Source of the DNA: Actinomycetota bacterium
GTDB taxonomy: Bacteria; Actinomycetota; CADDZG01; JAHWKV01; JAOPZY01
NCBI GenBank assembly: GCA_025963875.1
Contig: JAOPZY010000086.1
Coordinates: 1 to 40,039 of the forward strand
Reading direction: 5' to 3'
Length of the DNA stretch: 40,039 bases
Shown: piece after piece, positions 19,102 through 27,759 of the stretch
Numbering within the stretch: position 1 is the stretch's first letter
How the letters are laid out: the number at the start of each line of letters is the position of its first letter
The notes under the pieces: generated by a model
The model's database searches: none
What the model was told of the DNA's origin: nothing
What the model saw: the letters and a program-made list of their open reading frames with translations, nothing else
Made by a program: the position numbers and the translations under genes

Positions 19102-19190
19102 CGGTCGTTCCTTTCTCGTCCGGACAAAAGTGGGCCGCTGAGGCATAGGACACCCCGTGGCCGGTATGTGCAAGGCTAACGCGAATTACC

Positions 19191-20450
19191 GTGAAAAAAG
19201 AAACCGCCGAGGTCAGCCTCACCGTTCCGGGTGACCCCGAGCCACTCCTGCTGGCGGGACCGCCGGCGGACGCCGGCGTGATGGGTGAGATCGAGCATTC
19301 CGGAGGGAGCTACGAGCCCCACGTCATGCGCGCCCTCGGGCGGCTGATCGGTCGCGACGCCGTCGTGTTCGACGTCGGGGCCAACATCGGCGTCTTCGCC
19401 CTGGTCATGAGCCGGCTGGCGCCCAGGGGACAGGTGTTCGCCTTCGAGCCGGCCACGGAGAACTTCGCCTACCTGGAGAAGAACCTCGTCGCCAACGGTG
19501 CGGGCAACGTCGTCGCCGAGCGGTGCGCCGTCTACGACGAGAGCGGGACGGTTCCGTTCGTCTTCTCCCCCGCGTCGCCGTCGGGCTCGTTCGTCTCGCC
19601 GGGGGGCGGGCACGCCGGCGAGAGCCAGCCGGTCGAGGCGGTGAGCATGGACGACTACGTCGAGGGCCGGGGGCTCTCGAGGGTCGACCTCGTCATGGTG
19701 GACGCCGAGGGGGCCGAGATGGCCGTGCTGCGGGGGGCGGCCCGCACGCTGGGCAAGTTCCGGCCGGCCCTCCTGGTCGAGGTGAACCCGGTGTCGCTCC
19801 GGCGGTTCGGCGGCGCCTCCTTCCGCGACCTGGTGGACGTGCTCCGAAAAAGCGGCACGCTGTTCTCGATCACCGAGGGGGGGTTGCCGGCCCGCATTGC
19901 GACCGACCGCCACCTGGAGCTGCTGTTGCGGGAGGAGGGGGTCGTCGATGTCCTGTGCCTGCCGGACGGCCACCCTGCCCGCACGCTCGCCGCGACCGCC
20001 CGGGGCCGGAAGGAGCGCCTACGCCTGGAGGCGGCCTTCAACGACCGGGCGCCGCCGCACAACAACTTCGTCGTGGAGCCCTCGTTCGCCCTCGCTCCGC
20101 CGCCGGAGCCGGTGGAGGGACTGCCGGACCACGTCGTGTGGTTGACCCTGGAAGTCCGCAACACGAGCCCGTACTGGTACTCGAGCGACTTCCCCTACCA
20201 CCCGGTCCACCTGTGCTACCGCTGGGTCACGGACAACGGTGGCCAGCTGGATGTCATTGCGAACCGTGGCCGCTTCGAGACGCCCCTGGCCCCGGGAGCC
20301 ACGGGCACCGTGAAGATCGCCGTCCGCCTGCCCAAGGCCCCCGGCGAGTACCGCCTGGCGCTCACGATGCTGCAGGAGAGCTTCGCCTGGTTCGACGACC
20401 TGGATCCCTCCTTGCGCCTGATGCTCACAGGCACGGCTGCGCTCCCTTGA
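19191..20450 (+). CDS. FkbM-family methyltransferase with a C-terminal Ig-like domain
   Basis: YEP, VFDVGANIG, VFAFEP, VDAEGAEMAVLRG, LLVEVNP. C-terminal beta-sandwich pattern LEVRNTS..W..LCYRW..LAPG..PGEYRL..WF. Confidence 0.88.
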   Translation: MKKETAEVSLTVPGDPEPLLLAGPPADAGVMGEIEHSGGSYEPHVMRALGRLIGRDAVVFDVGANIGVFALVMSRLAPRGQVFAFEPATENFAYLEKNLVANGAGNVVAERCAVYDESGTVPFVFSPASPSGSFVSPGGGHAGESQPVEAVSMDDYVEGRGLSRVDLVMVDAEGAEMAVLRGAARTLGKFRPALLVEVNPVSLRRFGGASFRDLVDVLRKSGTLFSITEGGLPARIATDRHLELLLREEGVVDVLCLPDGHPARTLAATARGRKERLRLEAAFNDRAPPHNNFVVEPSFALAPPPEPVEGLPDHVVWLTLEVRNTSPYWYSSDFPYHPVHLCYRWVTDNGGQLDVIANRGRFETPLAPGATGTVKIAVRLPKAPGEYRLALTMLQESFAWFDDLDPSLRLMLTGTAALP

Positions 20451-20574
20451 TAAGCGTTCGCGCCACCGATCCGTGTAACCTCGGGATCCGAACTGTGAGG
20501 CAGGCCTCGTCCGGTTGACCGTATCCTTGCCCACGACGGCACCGGGTGATCAGCAACCCCCAAAAGGAGCCTCA

Positions 20575-21900
20575 TTGTCGACTGAACCGGGCGCCACGGA
20601 TATTCCAGCGCCCCCGCGTCGCCGAGCTGCACGAAGCCTGCCCGAGGACGCTCCGGTCGAAACGCCCGTCGACGAGGAGGACATCTGGCGATTGGCGACC
20701 GCCCTGTCCGGGGCGGTGTCGAAAGAGGACGTGGCGGTGGCGCTTGCGGAGGAAGGGGCGGCTGCGGGGGGCGCATCCTTCTCGAACATGGCGATGCTCG
20801 AATCCGAAACCAATCGGGTGAGCGTCGTGCACGGTTCGGTCCTGAACCACCGTATCGCCTCCCGGTGGGCCGAGTTCCACATCAACGATCAAACCCCCCT
20901 GTGCGAAGCGATGCTGTCCGGCCGTGCAGTGCTGCTCGGCTCGGCCGAGGCGGTCCGCGAGCGCTATCCCAACCTGCTCGCCGAAACGCTGGCCGCGTCC
21001 CTGAGCGCCACCGCCTCGTTGCCGTTGCAGACGCCCAGCGGCGTGTGCCTGGGGGCGATCGGGTTCGGGTGGCGGCGACCGCAGGCGTTCACACCCAGAC
21101 AGGTCCGTCGCCTGGACCTCATCGCCCAGATGGCCGGCCAGGCTCTGGACCGGGCGCTGCTCTACGAACGCGAGCGCGGCCAGGCGTCGGCCTGGGAACG
21201 CGCCGAGGCCCACCTGCTGCAGGAGGCGTTCCTGCCTCGGGTCCTGCCGCAGGCGGGCAGCCTCGGGCTCGCGGCGGCGTACCTTCCCGCCCGTGACGCC
21301 GCAATGGGCGGTGACTGGTACGACGCGTTCCCCGTCGACGGAGGGCTGTTCCTGGTCATCGGCGACGTGGCCGGCCACGGTCTGCGATCGGCGGCAGTCA
21401 TGGCGCAGCTCCGCAACGCGGTGCGGGCCTTCGCCGACGAGGATCCCACCCCGGAGCGGGTGCTGACCCGGTTGAACCGGATGCTCTGCCGCCTGGAGCC
21501 GGGCGAGACCGCCACCGCCATCGTGGCCGTGTGGAACGCAGCCGCTGGGACGATCGTCCGGTCCAACGCCGGACACCCTCCCGTCCTGCGCTGCCGGGTG
21601 GACAAGACGGACTTCCTACCGCCTGCCGCCGGCCGCCTGATGCTCGGGGTTGACCCGGACTGGGTGTACGTGGCGGAGAGCAAGGTGCTCAGGCCGGGAA
21701 CGACCCTGCTGTTCTATACCGATGGCCTCGTCGAGACGCGGGACCGGGGCCTCGAGGAAGGGATGGAAGACCTGCGGACGTTCGCCGAAGGCCTCCCGGA
21801 CCTGTTGCCGCAGGCGCTGTGCGACAGGGTCCTCGAGTGGCGCCTGGGGGCAGCCCGCCGGGAAGACGACATGTGCCTGCTCGCCGCTCGCCTCACCTGA
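20575..21900 (+). CDS. GAF + SpoIIE/PP2C (RsbU-like) serine phosphatase
   Basis: AAAGGAG SD 5 nt before TTG 20575. Motifs GGDWYD, IGDVAGHG, NAGHPP, LFYTDGLVE and EDDMCLL. Confidence 0.9.
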   Translation: MSTEPGATDIPAPPRRRAARSLPEDAPVETPVDEEDIWRLATALSGAVSKEDVAVALAEEGAAAGGASFSNMAMLESETNRVSVVHGSVLNHRIASRWAEFHINDQTPLCEAMLSGRAVLLGSAEAVRERYPNLLAETLAASLSATASLPLQTPSGVCLGAIGFGWRRPQAFTPRQVRRLDLIAQMAGQALDRALLYERERGQASAWERAEAHLLQEAFLPRVLPQAGSLGLAAAYLPARDAAMGGDWYDAFPVDGGLFLVIGDVAGHGLRSAAVMAQLRNAVRAFADEDPTPERVLTRLNRMLCRLEPGETATAIVAVWNAAAGTIVRSNAGHPPVLRCRVDKTDFLPPAAGRLMLGVDPDWVYVAESKVLRPGTTLLFYTDGLVETRDRGLEEGMEDLRTFAEGLPDLLPQALCDRVLEWRLGAARREDDMCLLAARLT

Positions 21901-21970
21901 GGCCTGTGTCGTTCCGAACGGCGGGGCCGGGCAGGCGGGCCCCCAGAGAGTCTTGTCTGGGGCCGGCGTA

Positions 21971-22019
21971 GACGTTTGGCGTTTTTTCGTTCGCTGCGAA
22001 CAAATTTCCACCAAACGTC
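21971..22019. repeat. AT-rich interrupted palindrome (REP-like or terminator-like)
   Basis: Outer stem GACGTTTGG/CCAAACGTC, T-rich internal loop and inner GTTCG-CTG-CGAAC. Confidence 0.7.
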
Positions 22020-22153
22020 GAGCGCCGCCGATTCCACTGGGGAGTTGGCGCGTCGACAGAGACAGTTTGCCTTGGCAGGAGGGCGCGGATTCAGTAGCCG
22101 CGGCAGCTTTGGAGGTCCCCGTCACGTGACGCCCGCTGGCATAGGCTGGCGCG

Positions 22154-23224
22154 ATGCGCATGAGCCGGAATGAGCCATCCGGCCGGTCCAGCCGGGCGAA
22201 GCGGACGCTGCTGGGCGGGCTGGTCCTGGGCCTCCTGGGGGCCGGATGCGCAAAGGCCGTCGTGCCACCCAGCGGCGCCCTTACCTCCCGCACCGGCCAG
22301 GCGCCCACCGGCACGGCGTTGAGCGACATCCCCGCGCCCCGGTCAACCCCCACGTCCCCCCGCCCCCACGCACTGGTGGCCGTGACGACGGCGGGCAACC
22401 TGGAGTCGCTCGACCCGTCGACGGGCCACGTCGTCACGACGCTGGCTTCGGGCGCCGCGGGGGACGAGGTCTCGTTGACGCCGGACCTCGCACAGGTGTA
22501 CTTCGAGAACACCGCCGGATGCTTTCATCAGATCCTGAGCGTCCCCATCGGCGGCGGCACCCCCACGCTCGTCGCGGCAGGCAGCCACCCCACGGTCAGC
22601 CCCGACGGGACCAAGTTCGCCTACACCGTCGAACCCCTGGGCACCGGCTGTCCCGGTGGGCCAACCAACACCGCCACCCTGTACTACGTCGTCGTCCAGC
22701 CGATACCGGGGGGCACACCGTCGGTCTTCTCCCTACCGCCCTCACTCGTGATCGCCCGCCAGACCCGGAACGTGAACCACCTCTCCTGGGCTCCGGACAA
22801 CCGCCGCCTCGCCGTGTCGATCGACGGCGGCGCCGACAACAAGCAGTGGAACGCCTTCGTGATGGACACGACCACGGATCACTACTTCGTCCCGGCAAGC
22901 GGGCCCGGCGTCCCCGTCGAGCGGGGCGGCGATTTCTACTACCGGCAGGTGGTCTTCACGCCGAACGGGAACCTGTTCGCAAACATCGTCTGCTGCGCCG
23001 CGGCCAAGGCGCCGACCACGACGATCATGGCGGAGGTTGACCTCACTGGAAAGACGGTGCACCAGATCTCGTCCGGCCTGACCGACCGCGACCACACGAG
23101 CCTCGCCGCCGACGCCGGCGGCCACTGGGTGCTCTATCTCGCCGGAAGCGACCTGGTCGCCTCGGGGGACTCCACCGCACCCACCGTCCTCTCGACCGCG
23201 GGCTTCCTCGCGGCGGACTGGTAA
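22154..23224 (+). CDS. Lipoprotein with TolB/PD40-like beta-propeller repeats
   Basis: Basic N-region, hydrophobic core and lipobox LGAGC. Repeats PTVSPDGTKFAY, LSWAPDNRRLAV and VFTPNGNL. TAGGCT lies 6 nt before the ATG. Confidence 0.8.
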   Translation: MRMSRNEPSGRSSRAKRTLLGGLVLGLLGAGCAKAVVPPSGALTSRTGQAPTGTALSDIPAPRSTPTSPRPHALVAVTTAGNLESLDPSTGHVVTTLASGAAGDEVSLTPDLAQVYFENTAGCFHQILSVPIGGGTPTLVAAGSHPTVSPDGTKFAYTVEPLGTGCPGGPTNTATLYYVVVQPIPGGTPSVFSLPPSLVIARQTRNVNHLSWAPDNRRLAVSIDGGADNKQWNAFVMDTTTDHYFVPASGPGVPVERGGDFYYRQVVFTPNGNLFANIVCCAAAKAPTTTIMAEVDLTGKTVHQISSGLTDRDHTSLAADAGGHWVLYLAGSDLVASGDSTAPTVLSTAGFLAADW

Positions 23225-23234
23225 GCGCGGCGGT

Positions 23235-25544
23235 TCAGGAGCGGCGCAGCACGGCACCGGCGACCATCGCCTGGCCGAGGGAGATGCCGCCGTCGTTGGC
23301 CGGGACACGCCGGTGCCGGTAGGCGCTGAACCCCTCCGACTCCAGGCCGCACATGACCCGCTCCAGCAGGAGGAGGTTCTGGAACGTGCCACCCGAGAGG
23401 GCCACCTCTGCGAGGCCGGTGGCGTCCCGGACCCGGCTACACGTCTCCACCAGGGCGGCGGCGAGGCCGTTGTGGAACCGGGCGGCCGCCACCGGCAGGG
23501 ACGCCTCCGCTACCAGGTCCTCCGCCAGCGCACGGATGAGGGCGACGCTGTCGATCACCAGCACGCCGCCGGCGTCACCTACCGGGCACGGGTACGCCGA
23601 GGATTCGGAAGGGTCGGCCGCCTGCTCCAGCTCGATGGCGGCCTGGCCCTCGTAGTTCACCGTCCCCCGAAGGCCGGCGACCGCGGCGGCGGCATCGAAG
23701 AGGCGCCCGGCCGAGGACGTGAGCGGGGCGTTGACCCCCTTGACGGCCATCTCCAGCACCGGCCCCCATCGGGCGGTGGTGTCCCGCACGAACGGCAGCG
23801 GCAACTCCGCAGCGCCCGCCCCGAAGGCCTCCCGGAGGTAGTTCGCTCCCATGCGCCACGGCTCGCGGATCGCCGCCGCCCCACCGGGAAGCGCCACCTG
23901 CCGGAGGTGGCCCGCCCGCCGGAACCCTGCCAGGTCCGCCACCAGGACCTCGCCCCCCCAGATCGTACCGTCGGTCCCCCATCCCGTCCCGTCGAGGGCC
24001 AGCCCGATGACCGGGCCCGCCACCTGGTTGTCGGCCAGGCAGGCGGCGATGTGGGCGTGGTGGTGCTGCACCCCGATCAGCCGGCAGCCTTCCAGATCGA
24101 TCCCGGGCGGGGCTGGCGCATCGCCCGCCGCCTGGTCCACGGCCCACTTGGTCGCCAGGTACTCCGGATGCAGGTCGTGGGCGATGACCTCGGGATGGAT
24201 CTGGAACACGTTGCAGAAGTGCGCGACGCCCTCGATGAACGAGCGCATGGTCTCCCAGTTCTCCAGGTCGCCGATGTGGTGCGAGAGGAAGGCCCTCGTC
24301 CCACTGCCGAGGCAGAAGGTGTGCTTGAGCTCGGCCCCCGTCGCCAGCACCGGCGCCCCGAACGCCTCGGTGACCAGCAGCGGCTCGGGGGCGTAGCCAC
24401 GGGAGCGCCGCATCAGGTACTCCTCGCCCCGGAACGAGCGGGTGACCGAGTCGTCGCAACGGACGTGGATCGGCCGGTCGTGGGCGACGAACACATCCGC
24501 TATGGGGTCCAGCCGCTGCCGTGCGTCGCCGTCGACGTAGGCAATGGGCTCGTCCGAGTGGTTCCCGCTCGTCATGACGAGCACCCCGTGTGGGCCGAAA
24601 GCGTCGAGCAGGAGGTGGTGCAGCGGCGTGTACGGCAGCATGAAGCCGAGGAACCGGTTGCCGGGCGCCACCGACGGCGCAACCGCCCTCTCGGCGCCCG
24701 ACCGGCGCCGGAGCAGCACCACCGGTCGCCGGTAGCCGCTCAGCAGTGCGGCCTCGTGCTCCGATACCTCGCAGAGCTCCCGCACCACGTCGATGCCGGA
24801 TGCCATGAGGGCGAAGGGCTTGTCCTCACGGACCTTCCGGGCGCGCAACTCGCCCACGGCCTTCTCGTTGCGGGCATCGCAGACCAGGTGGTAGCCGCCG
24901 AGGCCCTTCAGGGCGACGATGCTGCCGCCGCGGAGCAAGTCGGCGCAGGCCCCCACCACCTCCCCGGGAGCGACCCCGGCAAGGTGGACGGCAGGCCCGC
25001 ACGCCGGGCACGCGATGGGCTGGGCGTGGAAGCGGCGATCGGCGGGATCCTCGTACTCGGCCCGGCACGCCTCGCACATCGGGAACCCGGCCATGGTGGT
25101 GTTGGGGCGGTCGTAGGGAATGTCCGTCGTGATGGTGAAACGGGGGCCGCAGTTCGTGCAGTTGGTGAACGGGTAGCCGTACCTGCGGGCAGCCGGGTCC
25201 CGGATCTCGGCGAGGCAGTCGTCGCACGTGGCGACGTCCGGGGAGACGAGGGCGAGCCAACCCGAGCCCGTCGCCTCGCTGGCGACGATGGAGAAGGCGG
25301 GCTCCCCCAAGGGAACGGCGAACTCGGAGGAGACCCGCTCGATGCGGGCCAGGGGTGGGGCAGTTTCGACGAGGTCCTGCAGGAAGGTGTCGATCGTGGC
25401 CGGCGCTCCCTCGACCTCGATGGTGACGCCGCCCGGATCGTTGCGGACGAACCCGACCAAGGCGAGGCGGTTCGCAAGGCCGTAGACGAACGGCCGGAAC
25501 CCGACTCCCTGGACAATCCCCTGGACCAGAACTCGAACCCGCAT
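23235..25544 (-). CDS. hypF: Carbamoyltransferase HypF ([NiFe]-hydrogenase maturation)
   Basis: Acylphosphatase motif GIVQGVGFRPF, Zn fingers CDDC..CTNCGPR and CEAC..CPACGP, KGLGGYHL, HDLHPEY, QHHHAH, DGTGWG and PANDGGISLGQ. TATCGT lies 6 nt before ATG 25544. Confidence 0.96.
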   Translation of the reverse strand: MRVRVLVQGIVQGVGFRPFVYGLANRLALVGFVRNDPGGVTIEVEGAPATIDTFLQDLVETAPPLARIERVSSEFAVPLGEPAFSIVASEATGSGWLALVSPDVATCDDCLAEIRDPAARRYGYPFTNCTNCGPRFTITTDIPYDRPNTTMAGFPMCEACRAEYEDPADRRFHAQPIACPACGPAVHLAGVAPGEVVGACADLLRGGSIVALKGLGGYHLVCDARNEKAVGELRARKVREDKPFALMASGIDVVRELCEVSEHEAALLSGYRRPVVLLRRRSGAERAVAPSVAPGNRFLGFMLPYTPLHHLLLDAFGPHGVLVMTSGNHSDEPIAYVDGDARQRLDPIADVFVAHDRPIHVRCDDSVTRSFRGEEYLMRRSRGYAPEPLLVTEAFGAPVLATGAELKHTFCLGSGTRAFLSHHIGDLENWETMRSFIEGVAHFCNVFQIHPEVIAHDLHPEYLATKWAVDQAAGDAPAPPGIDLEGCRLIGVQHHHAHIAACLADNQVAGPVIGLALDGTGWGTDGTIWGGEVLVADLAGFRRAGHLRQVALPGGAAAIREPWRMGANYLREAFGAGAAELPLPFVRDTTARWGPVLEMAVKGVNAPLTSSAGRLFDAAAAVAGLRGTVNYEGQAAIELEQAADPSESSAYPCPVGDAGGVLVIDSVALIRALAEDLVAEASLPVAAARFHNGLAAALVETCSRVRDATGLAEVALSGGTFQNLLLLERVMCGLESEGFSAYRHRRVPANDGGISLGQAMVAGAVLRRS

Positions 25545-25636
25545 GCCATCACGATACGTCGAGGGGGGTCCAGGGCGGAGCGGATCACCCAATCAGCGGC
25601 ACGAGGTCAGCCAGCCGATATCATTCGCCTCAATCC

Positions 25637-26557
25637 ATGAAAGCCGTCCAAGACGCATCTGTTCTCGTTGGCAGGGCCGAGGCTCCCGCTCCGATCGAGC
25701 GTATCCGCCGTCTCTGGACCTACCGCGGCCTGCTGCTCAACCTCATCAAGCGCGACCTGCGCATCCGGTACAAGGAGTCGGCCCTCGGGTTCCTCTGGTC
25801 GATGCTGAACCCCGCCACGTACCTGGCCATCTTCTACGTGGTCTTCGTCATCCTGCTCCCCGCGGGCATCCCGCACTTCCCGGTGTTCATCCTGTCGGGC
25901 CTGCTGCCGTGGACCCTTTTCCAGAACTCGATGATGGCCGCCACGACCTCGGTCGTGGGCGGCGCCCCGCTGCTGAAGCGGGTCGCCTTCCCGCGCGAGG
26001 TGCTGCCGCTGGCCGCCGTCGGCGCCAACATCTTCCACTTCTTCCTGCAGATGCTGGTGCTGCTCGGCTTCATGCTCATCTTCCGCTACAACTTCGCCAG
26101 CAAGTACCTCGTGCTGGTCATCCCGGCCCTCATCGTCGAGGTGCTGATCCTGGCGGGCTTCTCGCTGATCCTCTCGTCCGTCACCGTGTACCTGCGGGAC
26201 ATGGCGCACTTCATCGAGCTGGCTACGCTGTTCTGGTTCTGGATGACCCCGATCGTCTATGCCCCCTGGCAGGTCTACGACAAGCTCACCCGGCACCACA
26301 TCCCCTACGCCCTCACGCTGCTCAACCCCATGTCGGCCATCGTGCTGTCCTTCCAGCGGGCCTTCTACAACGCCGTCACTCCGCCCTACCGCAACCCGGC
26401 GACCCACCAGGTCGCCCCGCAGCACGTCCTCATCAACTTCCCCCTCCACTGGTACTTCGAGGCCCTGGGGATCCTTACCGTCTTCGCCATCGCGCTGATC
26501 TGGGTCGGCTTCCGGGTCTTCGGCAGGGGCGAAGGCAACTTCGCGGAGGAGCTCTAG
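25637..26557 (+). CDS. wzm: ABC-2 polysaccharide exporter permease (Wzm/RfbA/TagG-like)
   Basis: RDLRIRYKESALGFLWSMLNP, LKRVAFPRE, VYLRD, TPIVY, LLNPM. Confidence 0.92.
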   Translation: MKAVQDASVLVGRAEAPAPIERIRRLWTYRGLLLNLIKRDLRIRYKESALGFLWSMLNPATYLAIFYVVFVILLPAGIPHFPVFILSGLLPWTLFQNSMMAATTSVVGGAPLLKRVAFPREVLPLAAVGANIFHFFLQMLVLLGFMLIFRYNFASKYLVLVIPALIVEVLILAGFSLILSSVTVYLRDMAHFIELATLFWFWMTPIVYAPWQVYDKLTRHHIPYALTLLNPMSAIVLSFQRAFYNAVTPPYRNPATHQVAPQHVLINFPLHWYFEALGILTVFAIALIWVGFRVFGRGEGNFAEEL

Positions 26558-27759
26558 TGGCCAGCGCGATCGAGGTCCGCAACGTCTCGAAGCACTTCAA
26601 GCTCTACCACGAGCAGTACCACACGCTGAAGGAGCGGATGATCTTCCTCCGCCGGGCGAAGCGCTTCGAGGAGTTCCACGCCCTCGACGACGTGAGCTTC
26701 GAGGTCGAGCAGGGGACGACCTTCGGCCTCATCGGGGCCAACGGGTCGGGCAAGTCCACCATCCTCAAGCTCATGGCGGGGATCCTGCGGCCCTCGTCGG
26801 GGGAGGTGATCGTCAAGGGCCGCATCGGCGCCCTGCTCGAGGTCGGTGCCGGCTTCCACCCCGACCTGACCGGGCGCCAGAACGTCTACCTCAACGGGTC
26901 GATCCTGGGATTCTCCACAAAGGAGATCAACCGCAAGTTCGACGACATCGTGTCCTTCGCCGGCATCGAAAACTTCATCGACAACCCGGTCCGGAACTAC
27001 TCCTCGGGCATGTACATCCGGCTCGGCTTCGCCGTGGCCGTCCACATGGACCCCGACATCCTGCTCATCGACGAGGTCATCGCCGTCGGCGACGAGGCGT
27101 TCCAGGCCAAGTGCATGGAGCGCATCCGCAAGTTCCAGGACGACGGCAAGACCATCCTCATCGTGACCCACGCCGTCGACGGCATCCGGGATCTCTGCTC
27201 CCAGGCGGCGCTGCTCTCCAACGGCCACCTCGCCGCCTACGGCAACCCCTCCGAAGTGATCCGCCAGTACCGCAACAAGGTCTCGCGGACGCCCGAGGGC
27301 GAGAAGATCGACCACCTCACCGCGGTCGACATCGAGAAGGTCACGCTGACCGACCGGGCCGGCAACGACCGGCCTTTCTTCCGGGCCGGCGAAGGGATGA
27401 CGGTGTGGACGGAGATGGTCACGAACGTACCCGTCGAGGACCCGGTGTTCAGCGTCAACATCTTCGACGCCGCCGGGCAGCACATCTTCGGCACCAACAC
27501 GAACCTGCGCTACATGGAGACCACGCTCCACCGTGGGCCCGCCCGCCTGCGCATCGACTTCGACATGCTGCCGATGCAGGAAGGCACCTTCACGCTCGCG
27601 GTGGGGATCCACTCCCGGGACGGCAAGACCGTCTACGCCGCCACCGACGGCAACACCTCCTTCGAGATGCGCAGCGACAACACGGAGCCGGGCCGCCTGA
27701 TGCTGCCCTGCACGTTCTCCATGGACAACCTCCCCGCAGTCAAGCGGGCCACCGGCTGA
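26557..27759 (+). CDS. wzt: ABC polysaccharide exporter ATPase with a C-terminal carbohydrate-binding (Wzt_C-like) domain
   Basis: Walker A GANGSGKST, GFHPDLTGRQN, YSSGMYIRLGF, LLIDEVIAVGDEAF. About 150-aa beta-rich C-terminal extension containing IFGTNT. Confidence 0.93.
   Translation: MASAIEVRNVSKHFKLYHEQYHTLKERMIFLRRAKRFEEFHALDDVSFEVEQGTTFGLIGANGSGKSTILKLMAGILRPSSGEVIVKGRIGALLEVGAGFHPDLTGRQNVYLNGSILGFSTKEINRKFDDIVSFAGIENFIDNPVRNYSSGMYIRLGFAVAVHMDPDILLIDEVIAVGDEAFQAKCMERIRKFQDDGKTILIVTHAVDGIRDLCSQAALLSNGHLAAYGNPSEVIRQYRNKVSRTPEGEKIDHLTAVDIEKVTLTDRAGNDRPFFRAGEGMTVWTEMVTNVPVEDPVFSVNIFDAAGQHIFGTNTNLRYMETTLHRGPARLRIDFDMLPMQEGTFTLAVGIHSRDGKTVYAATDGNTSFEMRSDNTEPGRLMLPCTFSMDNLPAVKRATG

Noticed and set aside
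21989..22001. LexA/SOS box
   Set aside because: GTTCG-N3-CGAAC has the half-sites in the wrong order and spacing relative to CGAAC-N4-GTTCG.
23313..25640. 775-aa ORF antisense to hypF, and similar long ORFs at 10763-13033, 35041-37293, 27633-29645, 17513-19141 and 6631-8217
   Set aside because: These are shadow frames of well-supported genes. Stop codons are scarce in high-GC DNA, and the products are Arg/Gly/Pro-rich with no motifs.
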